Shown here piece by piece: positions 1-9,017 of a DNA stretch of 36,848 nucleotides. Source of the stretch: Puniceicoccales bacterium (lineage in GTDB: Bacteria; Verrucomicrobiota; Verrucomicrobiia; Opitutales; JAIRKQ01); contig JAIRMI010000018.1 of the NCBI GenBank assembly GCA_031258795.1, positions 1 through 36,848 on the forward strand. Direction: 5' to 3'. Position numbers and translations under genes: made by a program. Below the pieces are notes generated by a model that was given only the letters and a program-made list of their open reading frames with translations, made no database searches and was not told where the DNA came from. Position 1 is the stretch's first letter. Every line of letters begins with the position of its first letter.

Positions 1-244
1 TTTGTGAGGGTTGAGGATTGGGATCGCTAGTTGCAGGAGATGGGAGAGCAGTTGGAGTTTTGTCCCTAGGTATTTCTGGGCCGGCAGCAGAAGTCCTTGT
101 GGCCAAAGCACTGGCTAAATCTGATGTTCTATCTTTCGACACGTTGGTTAGGCCTTGGGGGCCAGGGATAATTGGCGATTGTGTATGCGAATCGTTGACA
201 CCTTGTCCGGGATGTGCCACATGCTCTACGTGACTAGCTTCCAT
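1..244 (-). CDS. Hypothetical protein, N-terminal part (runs off left edge); mutually exclusive with the + ORF 18..233
   Basis: My hand translation of the minus strand finds no stop from 253 down to position 1. ATG is at complement 244-242, with AGGA 7 nt upstream and a TTGCGC-17-TATTGT promoter-like pair further upstream. The product begins MEASHVEHVAHPGQGVNDSHTQSPIIPGPQG... and is about half Pro/Ser/Thr/Ala, which is also what a shadow of a G-first-codon frame would give. This ORF is not in the supplied track. Confidence 0.3.
   Translation of the reverse strand, partial: MEASHVEHVAHPGQGVNDSHTQSPIIPGPQGLTNVSKDRTSDLASALATRTSAAGPEIPRDKTPTALPSPATSDPNPQPSQ
18..233 (+). CDS. Small hypothetical protein (71 aa) with a Cys/Ser/Thr-rich C-terminal tail; mutually exclusive with the minus-strand ORF 1..244
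   Basis: ORF-track entry. The start is TTG, with GAGGA directly abutting it (poor spacing), and an in-frame TGA lies at 12-14. About 45% of codons begin with G, which is coding-like. The tail is GDCVCESLTPCPGCATCST. Base composition drops to AT-rich immediately after the stop at 233. Confidence 0.25.
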   Translation: MGSLVAGDGRAVGVLSLGISGPAAEVLVAKALAKSDVLSFDTLVRPWGPGIIGDCVCESLTPCPGCATCST

Positions 245-589
245 TTCGTTTTCCTAAAAAGTCAGGAAAATGATACAATAAATTTTGCCTAATGCAAGCG
301 CAAATTGTTCTCAAGGAAAAGTTTCGAAATGAATGAATTGCTTTCTGTGTTTTTTCATTTGCTTATATATAAGATCTCTTTACCTCTTATCCAACAAGGA
401 TCTCTCCAAATTTATCCATCTTAGAAATGACTGTATCATATTTTTTTAGACGCTTTTGTCAAATTTTTGTTTTTCGCAGCGAAAGCGAAATAAATCACCC
501 AATCAAGAATTGACGCATACCGTTCCGGCTCGTGTATTGACAATTTTTTCACAACATCTGCCGCTATGCCCTCATCCTCGGTTTAGGCG

Positions 590-627
590 AAAACGAAATT
601 CACTGCTATGGTGGTCAATTTCGTTTT
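590..627. repeat. Perfect 11-bp inverted repeat (AAAACGAAATT / AATTTCGTTTT) separated by 16 nt, in the spacer upstream of tRNA-Thr
   Basis: Read directly: 590-600 is the reverse complement of 617-627. TT follows the 3' arm. The stem is AT-rich with only 2 G:C pairs. Function is unknown (operator or weak hairpin). Confidence 0.5.
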
Positions 628-715
628 TTGAAATAAATGTTGACGTTTGCACCTTGCCGTGCAGATTGCTGGTGATCAGTCTCCGGGTGATTCTTTCGGA
701 TTGTTTTGGGCGTAT

Positions 716-791
<76 letters not shown>

Positions 792-838
792 GTTTTGTAA
801 TTTGTAGTATTTAAATTTTATAGAGAAAAAGGAATAAC

Positions 839-2029
839 ATGGCAAAAGAAACATTCGCGAGAACAAAGCCTCACGTCAATGTAGGCACCATCGGTCACGT
901 TGATCACGGTAAATCGACTCTGACAACGGCATTGTTAAAAGTACAGTCTGACAAGGGCTTAGCTGAGTTTAAATCATACGCAGATGTCACAAAGGGAGGG
1001 ACGGTGCGTGATTCTAGCAAGACTGTCACGATCGCCGTATCGCACGTGGAATATGAGAGCGAAAATAGGCACTACGCCCACGTTGATTGTCCAGGGCACG
1101 CCGACTTCGTCAAGAACATGATCACCGGCGCCGCCCAGATGGATGGGGCAATTTTGGTTGTTAGCGCTTACGATGGTCCCATGCCGCAAACCCGTGAACA
1201 TATCCTGCTAGCGCGTCAAGTTGGCGTTCCCAGTATTGTTGTATTCCTAAACAAGGTAGACTTGTTGGATGATGCGGAGTTGCTGGATCTCGTTGAAATG
1301 GAGGTGCGCGATTTGCTAACCAAGTATGAATATAAGGGTAATGACATCACCGTCATACGCGGATCGGCGCTGGCGGCCCTTGAGGGCAAGGCCGAAGGCG
1401 TTGAGGCGATTAACAAATTATTGGCTGCCCTCGATAAGGATATTTCGATTCCTGTGCGTGACATCGATAGGCCGTTCCTGATGGCAGTTGAAGATGTATT
1501 TTCCATAACTGGTCGCGGTACGGTGGCAACGGGGAGAATTGAGCGCGGCTGCGTAAAGGTGGGCGAAGAAGTCGAAATAGTCGGCTTGGGTGAAACCCGC
1601 AAAACGACATGTACCGGCGTGGAGATGTTCCGCAAGTTACTGGAGCAGGGGCTGGCTGGCGATAATGTGGGCATATTGCTGCGCGGCGTAGAAAAAGATC
1701 AGATTGAAAGGGGTAACGTTTTAGCCAAACCCGGATCCATAAAACCACATACGCGCGGCAAGGCGGAAGTTTATGTGCTTTCAAAGGACGAAGGGGGAAG
1801 GCACACTCCATTCTTCAATGGTTATCGTCCCCAATTCTTCTTTGGCACGGCCGACGTTACCGGAGTTGTACATTTGCCGGAGGGTGTCGAAATGGTGATG
1901 CCCGGTGATAATTTAGGTGTGGAAGTTGAACTGCAGAAGCCAATCGCCATGGAAAAGGGACAGCGCTTCGCTATCCGCGAAGGAGGGCGTACCATAGGTG
2001 CCGGCCGAATAACGGAGATTGTTGCCTAG
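839..2029 (+). CDS. tuf: Elongation factor Tu
   Basis: 396-aa ORF with GHVDHGKS (G1), DCPGHADF (G3) and NKVD (G4), plus a conserved C-terminal ...[17 protein letters not shown] at 839. Confidence 0.98.
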   Translation: MAKETFARTKPHVNVGTIGHVDHGKSTLTTALLKVQSDKGLAEFKSYADVTKGGTVRDSSKTVTIAVSHVEYESENRHYAHVDCPGHADFVKNMITGAAQMDGAILVVSAYDGPMPQTREHILLARQVGVPSIVVFLNKVDLLDDAELLDLVEMEVRDLLTKYEYKGNDITVIRGSALAALEGKAEGVEAINKLLAALDKDISIPVRDIDRPFLMAVEDVFSITGRGTVATGRIERGCVKVGEEVEIVGLGETRKTTCTGVEMFRKLLEQGLAGDNVGILLRGVEKDQIERGNVLAKPGSIKPHTRGKAEVYVLSKDEGGRHTPFFNGYRPQFFFGTADVTGVVHLPEGVEMVMPGDNLGVEVELQKPIAMEKGQRFAIREGGRTIGAGRITEIVA

Positions 2030-2068
2030 TGTTGAATTGTAAGAATTGATGTTTTTTCATCAAAGCTT

Positions 2069-2144
<76 letters not shown>

Positions 2145-2163
2145 AAGTAGGTTCCATTGGAGT

Positions 2164-2367
2164 ATGACAAACCCATTTACAAAAGTTAAGAAATTTTTTG
2201 CAGAGATAGTCGTTGAGCTAAAGAAATCGTCGTGGCCAACAAAAAAATCGCTCAAGCAATCGACGATCATTGTTATTGTAGCAATGTTCCTTTTTGGTGT
2301 GTATATCAGTGTGATTGATTTTTCTCTTTTTCACACGATAAAATTGATTAACTTGGTGGTTAAGTAG
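2164..2367 (+). CDS. secE: Preprotein translocase subunit SecE
   Basis: 67 aa with a basic N-terminus and a single C-terminal TM helix (IIVIVAMFLFGVYISVI). It lies immediately upstream of nusG, and its size and position are canonical. Confidence 0.85.
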   Translation: MTNPFTKVKKFFAEIVVELKKSSWPTKKSLKQSTIIVIVAMFLFGVYISVIDFSLFHTIKLINLVVK

Positions 2368-2380
2368 GATTCAGGCAAAA

Positions 2381-2959
2381 ATGTACGAAGATTTACCGGA
2401 GGCAAAATGGTTCACGTTACAGACTTTGTCGAATCAGGAGTACAAGGTCAAGACTAGCATTGAAACGATCATAAGGGAAAATGGCTTGGAAAATGTAATT
2501 TCCGAAATATTGATTCCATCGGAGGTTGTTTCCGAGATAAAAAACGGAAAAAAATATACACGCACGCGTAAGTTTTATCCTGGATATGTTTTCATTCGCA
2601 TGAAAATGTATGACAGGGATGGGGAAATTCTACAGACACCGTGGCAGTTGGTTAGAAATGCAAATGGTGTGGTACGTTTTGTTGGTAATAATAACCCCGT
2701 GGCGCTCAAGGAAAGCGAGATCGGCGAAATAATAGCCAAGATGGAAGCCGTCGAGGGGAAAAGCGTGCCAAAATTCTCCTTTGACATCGGCGAAACCGTA
2801 AAAATTAACGATGGGCCATTTTTGAACTTGACAGGCGAAATAGAAGCGATTGATACTGAAACTGGCAGGCTTAGAGTGCAGGTGTCGATGTTTGGACGGC
2901 TCACTCCGGTTGACCTCGAGTTTTGGCAAGTGAAAAAGGCTGAAGTTGGTGATAATTGA
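2381..2959 (+). CDS. nusG: Transcription termination/antitermination factor NusG
   Basis: 192 aa with an NGN-like N-terminus (WFTLQT.SNQEYKVK...PGYVFIRM) and a C-terminal KOW (GETVKINDGPFLNLTGEIEAID). Lies in the secE-nusG-rplK context. Confidence 0.95.
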   Translation: MYEDLPEAKWFTLQTLSNQEYKVKTSIETIIRENGLENVISEILIPSEVVSEIKNGKKYTRTRKFYPGYVFIRMKMYDRDGEILQTPWQLVRNANGVVRFVGNNNPVALKESEIGEIIAKMEAVEGKSVPKFSFDIGETVKINDGPFLNLTGEIEAIDTETGRLRVQVSMFGRLTPVDLEFWQVKKAEVGDN

Positions 2960-2977
2960 TGAAGTTTAGGACATGAG

Positions 2978-3400
2978 ATGGCAAAGAAAGTCGTCAAAGA
3001 AATAAAGTTGCAACTCCCTGCGGGAGCGGCTAATCCCGCACCGCCGGTCGGGCCGGCGCTTGGTGCAGCGGGTGTGAACATAATGGGTTTTTGCAAGGAA
3101 TTTAACGCCAAAACCAAAGATCAAAACGGTTTGATCTTGCCCGTTGTCATTTCCGTATACGCGGATAAGTCTTTTAGCTTTATTTTGAAATCTCCGCCAG
3201 CCTCCGTGTTGTTGAAGAAAGCGGCCGGGATTGAAAAAGCTTCCGGCGTACCAAATCGCACTAAGATCGGGAAGGTCACCAAAGCGGACGTTATAAACAT
3301 TGCCAAGACAAAGATGGAAGATTTAAATGCCAATTCGGTTGAGGCCGCCGCCAAAATTATCGAGGGTACCGCCAGGAGCATGGGCATTGAAGTTGTGTGA
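2978..3400 (+). CDS. rplK: 50S ribosomal protein L11
   Basis: 140 aa with the hallmark [30 protein letters not shown]. Confidence 0.98.
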   Translation: MAKKVVKEIKLQLPAGAANPAPPVGPALGAAGVNIMGFCKEFNAKTKDQNGLILPVVISVYADKSFSFILKSPPASVLLKKAAGIEKASGVPNRTKIGKVTKADVINIAKTKMEDLNANSVEAAAKIIEGTARSMGIEVV

Positions 3401-3410
3401 AAATTTTGTT

Positions 3411-4103
3411 ATGAAAAAATCAAGTAAGCGACATGTTCGAGCGCAGGAGGTCGGGGATCTGAAAAAGGAATATCAGGTTGATGAGGCCGTTGAACTGCTG
3501 AACAAGATGCCGAAGGCGCGTTTCGACGAGACGGTGTCCGTATCGGTGCACCTTGGCGTAGACCCCAAGCAAAGCGATCAAATGGTGAGAGGGACGGTTT
3601 CATTGCCCAATGGCAGCGGAAAGACCGTTCGCGTTTTAGCGTTTGCTGAGGATGTGGATGGGGCGCTCAGGAGCGGTGCGGACTTTGCCGGATTGCACGA
3701 TATGATCGAAAAGATAAGTGGGGGTTGGCTTGATTTTGATGTTGCCGTTGCCACGACGTCTGCGATGAAAGAAGTTCGCTCCGTGGCACGTATTCTCGGT
3801 CCTCGCGGCATGATGCCAAACCCCAAAACGGGCACGGTGACAGATAATTTGGAGGAAGCCATAGGGGCTGTTAAGACCGGCCGCGTCGAGTTCAAAATGG
3901 ACAAAAGCGCAAATCTGTCCATCGTTGTGGGCAAAGCATCGTTTTCCCAGGAGAAATTGTCCGAGAACATTGAGGCGGCCATCGATGTTTTGTCGAAGTC
4001 GCGCCCGCTGGAATTTAAAGGAAAATTCATCAAATCCATGTCGCTCAGCGCGACAATGAGCCCGGGTGTGAGGTTATCCTCAAAGATATATTCCAAATTT
4101 TAA
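3411..4103 (+). CDS. rplA: 50S ribosomal protein L1
   Basis: The conserved L1 body is present (..GTVSLPNGSGK.VRVLAF...MMPNPKTGTVT..). I place the start at ATG 3411 (MKKSSKRH), 10 nt after the rplK stop. The track start at 3327 would overlap rplK by 74 nt. Confidence 0.95.
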   Translation: MKKSSKRHVRAQEVGDLKKEYQVDEAVELLNKMPKARFDETVSVSVHLGVDPKQSDQMVRGTVSLPNGSGKTVRVLAFAEDVDGALRSGADFAGLHDMIEKISGGWLDFDVAVATTSAMKEVRSVARILGPRGMMPNPKTGTVTDNLEEAIGAVKTGRVEFKMDKSANLSIVVGKASFSQEKLSENIEAAIDVLSKSRPLEFKGKFIKSMSLSATMSPGVRLSSKIYSKF

Positions 4104-4117
4104 GGGGAGGGTTGCAA

Positions 4118-4630
4118 ATGAGAGATGAAAAGAAGCTTTTAGCAAAATGGATATGCGGCCAACTTGACAAATCTAATTATGTTTTTGTGACTGATTTTTC
4201 CAGGGTAACCGTAAAGGACGTGTCAGAGCTGCGCCGTGAGCTTTCCAAAGAAGCCGGAGAGTTTCATGTGGTAAAAAATTCGATCCTGAGCATTGCGGCG
4301 AATGAACGTTTGCTGCCCCTGCCGCAGAGCATTTTGTGCGGCCAGAATGCGATCGTCGTTGGTGGAAACAATCCCTCCGAGATCGCAAAAATCATAAAAA
4401 AGTTTCATAAAATTTCAAATGGAGAAAAATTTTCCGTAAAGGGTGGCGTTTTGGACGATGCGGAGTTGTCCTGTACCGACATAGATGCCCTTGCCGAGCT
4501 TCCTTCGAAGGAAGTTTTACGCGGCCAATTACTGTCGATGCTCAGTGCTCCAGCGCGGGGGTGCGTGTGTGTGCTTAATGCCGTGCCGCAAAGCATGTTA
4601 AACGTTTTACAGGCAAAAGTTGGGAGGTAA
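4118..4630 (+). CDS. rplJ: 50S ribosomal protein L10
   Basis: L10-like sequence in the rplA-rplJ-rplL context. ATG 4118 lies 7 nt after AAGGGGAGG. The track start at 4112 is a TTG two codons upstream. Confidence 0.93.
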   Translation: MRDEKKLLAKWICGQLDKSNYVFVTDFSRVTVKDVSELRRELSKEAGEFHVVKNSILSIAANERLLPLPQSILCGQNAIVVGGNNPSEIAKIIKKFHKISNGEKFSVKGGVLDDAELSCTDIDALAELPSKEVLRGQLLSMLSAPARGCVCVLNAVPQSMLNVLQAKVGR

Positions 4631-4721
4631 TTTTTTGGTAAACAATGAGCGTTGCGCTAGGGGAAGCGCCCTTAAATAGATTTGTAAAATCTGCTAGCGT
4701 AGCTTTCAGGAGATAAATAAA

Positions 4722-5102
4722 ATGACAAATATAACAAAAGAAGAAGTCATCGAATGGTTGAGTTCGCAGTCCGTACTCGAGATTGCATCCCTTGTAAAGG
4801 ATCTTGAAAACAAGTGGGGTGTCAGCGCTGCTGCACCTGTTGCAGTCGCTGCAACGCCCGCCGTAGCTGCCGCTGCGCCGCAAGAGGAGCAAACGGAATT
4901 TACGGTGATATTGAAGGCAACGGGCGATAAAAAGATCGAGGTGATTAAGGCTGTTCGTGAAATAACCGGTCTCGGATTGAAGGACGCAAAGGATCTGGTT
5001 GAAGGTGCGCCGAAGCCCGTTAAGGAAGGCGTATCCAAAGCTGATGCAGCCGACATGAAGAGTAAATTAGAGGCCGCTGGGGCTTCCATTGAACTGAAGT
5101 AA
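4722..5102 (+). CDS. rplL: 50S ribosomal protein L7/L12
   Basis: 126 aa with an Ala/Pro hinge ([18 protein letters not shown]) and a conserved C-terminal domain (..[32 protein letters not shown]...K.LE.AGA..ELK). CAGGAG lies 9 nt upstream. Confidence 0.98.
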   Translation: MTNITKEEVIEWLSSQSVLEIASLVKDLENKWGVSAAAPVAVAATPAVAAAAPQEEQTEFTVILKATGDKKIEVIKAVREITGLGLKDAKDLVEGAPKPVKEGVSKADAADMKSKLEAAGASIELK

Positions 5103-5222
5103 ATAACATTAAAAGTTTTAGAGCAGGAAATTTTGTAACTTATCTAAGTCATTGCAAATTTTGCGCAATGATGGGGGAGGGTTATCTACTGCCGTTTGAG
5201 TTCTTGTAAAAATTTTTTAAAT

Positions 5223-8200
5223 ATGACGGACACCCATCGCGTTAGTTTTGGAAAACTGAAAGAGGTTATAACGCCACCTTATCTCATCGAGAATCAGGTT
5301 AATTCCTTTCGGGAATTTTTACAACAAGATGTTGACCTAAGCGAACGCCGAAATGTGGGATTAGAATCCGTTTTTCGCGACGCGTTCCCCATAATGAGCT
5401 ACGATGGTACCGTTTCGCTGGATTACGTATCCTATCGGGTCGCACCGTCCAAGTATGCCGAGCATTTTTGTTTGAAAGAGGGTATAACTTTTGGAGCACC
5501 GCTATACATAACCTTGAAGTTAACAAATGCGGATGGAACTCGGGAAGAGGAAATTTACGTCGGTGAAATTCCCCTCATGAGCAAGCGTGGCTCGTTCATA
5601 ATTAGCGGAGCCGAGCGCGTTGTTGTCAGTCAACTGCACAGATCTCCAGGAATATGCTTCGAAGTGACGCAGCACACCAGTGGTAAAAATTTGTACGCTT
5701 TCAGAGTTATGCCAGATCGGGGAACGTGGATTGAGGTGCAATCGGATCAGAATGATCTTCTCTACGTGTATCTGGATCGCCGTCGCCGTCGCCGTAAGTT
5801 CCTTGTTACTACGTTGTTGCGTGCTTTTGGTTACAGTTCGGATCACGATATTCTGTCGCTGTTTTACACTATCAAAGAATCAAAGGTTGATGAATTACTG
5901 GAGAAGGATTCACTGATAAACTTTGTTTTGACGGATGACATCATCGACGTTCAGCGCGGCATTGTTATTGCGCGTGCCTATGATAATATCGGAAAGACTC
6001 TTCTCAAGGGTTTTCAAGAAGCGGGCATAGATAAAATTTCCTATGCCGATACATCCTTCGACGATGGGCTAATTGTTAGGAGCTTGAGAAAGGATAACTC
6101 CCATAACGAGGAGGAAGCTCTCTTTGAGATTTACAAACTGCTCCGCCCCGGAGAGCCGGTGAATCTGCAGAACGCTAAGTCATTTTGGTCCAGGACATTT
6201 ACCGACAGCAAAAGGTATGATTTGAGCCAAGTTGGACGCTACAAATTAAACAGAAAGCTTGGGCTGGACAAGGACTTGGATGATCGCGTAATTGGTGCCG
6301 ATGACATCGTTGCAGCGACGAAATATTTGTGCTCACTGCGGAATGGAACAGGAATCATCGATGATATCGATAATCTTGGAAGCAGGCGTGTGCGCGGTGT
6401 GGGCGAATTGTTGGTCAACCAGTGCCGCGTTGGACTTGCCCGCATGGAGCGCGTAATTCGAGAGCGAATGTCCCTGTTTGATCAAAGCGTCGACATGCTA
6501 ACGCCCCAAAAACTGCTGAACCCTAAGCTATTGATGTCGGTAATTCGCGACTTTTTTGCTCGCAGCCAGCTGTCCCAGTTCATGGACCAAATCAACCCGC
6601 TGTCCGAAATTACTCATAAGCGCCGCCTGTCTGCACTCGGCCCAAATGGCTTGAATCGCGAGCATACTGGGTTGGAAGTCCGCGACGTTCACCCTTCCCA
6701 CTATGGAAGAATTTGCCCCATCGAGACCCCCGAAGGCCCAAATATTGGACTTATCAATTCTCTGAGCACCTATGCGCGCATAAATAAGTTTGGCTTTATT
6801 GAAACGCCGTACCGTGTCGTAAAAAAAGGTCGCGTAACCGATGAAGTGGTTTACTTGAGCGCCGACGAAGAAGAGGGAAGAATCATTGCCCAAGCCAATT
6901 CGGAGATGGATGCCAAGGGAAATTTATTCGGGAAAGTGGCTGTCCGCAAGTCGGGTCAGCTTTTAGATGTATCGCCGGCTGAGGTCGATTATATGGATGT
7001 GTCACCCAAACAGGTTATATCCATTGCTACCGGGTTGATTCCGTTCCTGGAACACGACGACACTAGCCGCGCTTTGATGGGCTCGAACATGCAGCGCCAG
7101 GGCGTTCCGCTGATGTTGACGGAAGCGCCATTTGTTGGTACCGGAATTGAAGAAAAAATTGCCCATGATTCGGGTCATGTTGTTATCGCGCAACGAGATG
7201 GCGTCGTTGCGTCCGTGGATGGAGGAAGGATAATAATTTCCCCAGACGGAACTTTGCCTGATAGTTTTAATGAGTTAAAAAGCAGAGATCCGGACATTCA
7301 AATCTGCAAATTGAACAAATTTATGCGTTCCAATGCAGCTACCTGTTTCAATCAGCACCCCATTGTGGCCAAGGGGCAGATCGTGAGGGCCGGCGATGTC
7401 CTCGCCGACGGTGCTTCGACGGATCACGGCGAACTTGCTCTTGGGAAAAATGTTCTCGTGGCCTTCATGCCTTGGAACGGGTATAATTTCGAGGATGCTG
7501 TAATTTTGAGTGAGAGAATGATCACCGATGATATTTTCACCTCCATCCATATCGACGAGTATGAAGTTACGGCGCGTGATACAAAGTTGGGCATAGAGGA
7601 GATCACGCGTGACATTCCCAATGTGGGCGATGAGGCCCTGAAAAATTTAAACCGCGACGGAATAGTTAGGATCGGCGCGGACGTTAAGCCGGGTGATATC
7701 CTTGTTGGAAAAGTTACTCCAAAAACGGAAACAGATCTCGCTCCGGAGGAAAAATTATTGCGAGCAATTTTTGGCGAAAAAGCGGCCGATGTGAAGGATA
7801 CATCCCTGGTTGCTCCTGCGGGTTGCTATGGAACGGTCATGGATATTAAAATATCCAGCAGATCTGACCATGAAAAGGAGGACATCACGGAATCCGAGTG
7901 CCGCCGTCGTGTGAAGAAGGTGAACGAAGAGTTCCGCACGCAGACCGACCACATTCGCGATGACCTGACCGAGGCTTTTTCCAGCATACTGCTGGGGGAA
8001 AAAATTCCGCTGGATATCATCGACACGGAGACCAATGAGGTAATTTTGGCAGAGAATCGCAAGATTACTAAGACACTGTTGCGCCGGTTGGCTGCAAGTG
8101 GACGCAACATAGAAATGCCCCATTCGCCTGTTAGGAACAAAATTTTTGAAATAATCGATCAATTTCAGTCCAAGTTTGATAATTTGGAAGAGGAACGGTT

Positions 8201-9002
8201 GCACAGGATCGCAGCCATAGAATCGGGCGACCTCGACGAGTCCGGGGTTATTAAGAATGTCAAGGTGTTCATCGCCAACAAACGCAAAATTCAAGTCGGT
8301 GACAAGATGGCCGGCAGACATGGAAATAAGGGCGTTGTGTCTCGTATAGTTAAGCGGGAAGACATGCCATTTTTGCCGAACGGGCGTCCCATTGACATCA
8401 TCTTAAACCCCCTCGGTGTTCCGAGCCGTATGAATGTGGGGCAAGTGTTGGAAACCTATCTTGGTGCGGCTTGCAAGAAACTCGGTATTAAAGTTGCTAC
8501 CCATGTGTTCGATGGTACTTCTGAGGAAAAAATTCAGGAATTGATGAAGGAGGCCGATCTTCCGCTCGACGGGAAAACGGAGCTGTTTGACGGCTGTACG
8601 GGCAGAAGATTCGATCAGCGCATCACCGTCGGATATATATACATGATGAAGCTCAATCACCTAGTTGCCGACAAGGTTCACGCCCGCGCCGTTGGGCCAT
8701 ACAGTTTAATTACGCAACAGCCCCTTGGCGGCCGGGCCCAGTACGGCGGTCAGCGCTTTGGTGAAATGGAGGTTTGGGCGATGGAGGCCTATGGAGCTGC
8801 TTACACCTTGCAAGAGCTGCTGACGGTAAAGTCCGACGATTCCCAGGGTCGAACGAAGATTTACGAGTCAATAGTCAAGGGGGATACGTCCCTTGATGCA
8901 GGCGTTCCGCAATCATTCAATGTTTTGATGAAGGAATTGCAGGGATTATGTCTCGACATTAGGCTGGAAAACGATCCAACGCTGGACATTGATAACATTT
9001 AA
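5223..9002 (+). CDS. rpoB: DNA-directed RNA polymerase subunit beta
   Basis: Conserved blocks are present (..RLSALGPNGL.RE..G.EVRDVHPSHYGRICPIETPEGPNIGLI.., NMQRQ, GDK.AGRHGNKGV.S). ATG 5223 gives MTDTHRVSFGKLKEV.., matching the usual ..FGK.. N-terminus. The track start at 5196 is a TTG 9 codons upstream and cannot be excluded. Confidence 0.97.
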   Translation: MTDTHRVSFGKLKEVITPPYLIENQVNSFREFLQQDVDLSERRNVGLESVFRDAFPIMSYDGTVSLDYVSYRVAPSKYAEHFCLKEGITFGAPLYITLKLTNADGTREEEIYVGEIPLMSKRGSFIISGAERVVVSQLHRSPGICFEVTQHTSGKNLYAFRVMPDRGTWIEVQSDQNDLLYVYLDRRRRRRKFLVTTLLRAFGYSSDHDILSLFYTIKESKVDELLEKDSLINFVLTDDIIDVQRGIVIARAYDNIGKTLLKGFQEAGIDKISYADTSFDDGLIVRSLRKDNSHNEEEALFEIYKLLRPGEPVNLQNAKSFWSRTFTDSKRYDLSQVGRYKLNRKLGLDKDLDDRVIGADDIVAATKYLCSLRNGTGIIDDIDNLGSRRVRGVGELLVNQCRVGLARMERVIRERMSLFDQSVDMLTPQKLLNPKLLMSVIRDFFARSQLSQFMDQINPLSEITHKRRLSALGPNGLNREHTGLEVRDVHPSHYGRICPIETPEGPNIGLINSLSTYARINKFGFIETPYRVVKKGRVTDEVVYLSADEEEGRIIAQANSEMDAKGNLFGKVAVRKSGQLLDVSPAEVDYMDVSPKQVISIATGLIPFLEHDDTSRALMGSNMQRQGVPLMLTEAPFVGTGIEEKIAHDSGHVVIAQRDGVVASVDGGRIIISPDGTLPDSFNELKSRDPDIQICKLNKFMRSNAATCFNQHPIVAKGQIVRAGDVLADGASTDHGELALGKNVLVAFMPWNGYNFEDAVILSERMITDDIFTSIHIDEYEVTARDTKLGIEEITRDIPNVGDEALKNLNRDGIVRIGADVKPGDILVGKVTPKTETDLAPEEKLLRAIFGEKAADVKDTSLVAPAGCYGTVMDIKISSRSDHEKEDITESECRRRVKKVNEEFRTQTDHIRDDLTEAFSSILLGEKIPLDIIDTETNEVILAENRKITKTLLRRLAASGRNIEMPHSPVRNKIFEIIDQFQSKFDNLEEERLHRIAAIESGDLDESGVIKNVKVFIANKRKIQVGDKMAGRHGNKGVVSRIVKREDMPFLPNGRPIDIILNPLGVPSRMNVGQVLETYLGAACKKLGIKVATHVFDGTSEEKIQELMKEADLPLDGKTELFDGCTGRRFDQRITVGYIYMMKLNHLVADKVHARAVGPYSLITQQPLGGRAQYGGQRFGEMEVWAMEAYGAAYTLQELLTVKSDDSQGRTKIYESIVKGDTSLDAGVPQSFNVLMKELQGLCLDIRLENDPTLDIDNI

Positions 9003-9017
9003 TGGCATTACAATCAG

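Noticed and set aside
21-32. Short resemblance (GGATCGCTAGTT) to the conserved 16S rRNA segment GGAATCGCTAGTAATCG
   Set aside because: The similarity stops after about 10 nt. The flanking sequence has none of the adjacent universally conserved 16S blocks.
2046-2063. TTGATG-TTTTTT-CATCAA hairpin between tuf and tRNA-Trp, as a possible terminator
   Set aside because: The stem is a 6-bp AT-rich stem with no downstream U-tract. tRNA-Trp and secE follow immediately and probably need read-through.
3327-3410. Upstream extensions of ORF-track starts for rplA (3327), rplF (23415), map (26903), rplE (22145), rplN (21442) and rpoB (5196)
   Set aside because: The extensions overlap the preceding gene and/or use TTG or GTG codons. 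The downstream ATG reproduces the conserved protein N-terminus with a properly spaced SD. rpoB 5196 and rpsE 24374 remain possible alternatives.
5150-5170. CATTGC-N9-GCAATG hairpin in the rplL-rpoB spacer, as an analogue of the E. coli rplL-rpoB attenuator
   Set aside because: The stem is short and weak, and there is no U-tract. I cannot distinguish it from chance in AT-rich DNA without covariation data.
7755-8321. 188-aa minus-strand ORF inside rpoB. Similar cases lie inside other conserved genes: 2575..3117, 3578..4096, 4706..5089, 14303..14752, 15693..16145, 22725..23252 and 25137..25676.
   Set aside because: All are antisense or out-of-frame overlaps of conserved housekeeping genes. None has independent start signals or recognisable motifs.
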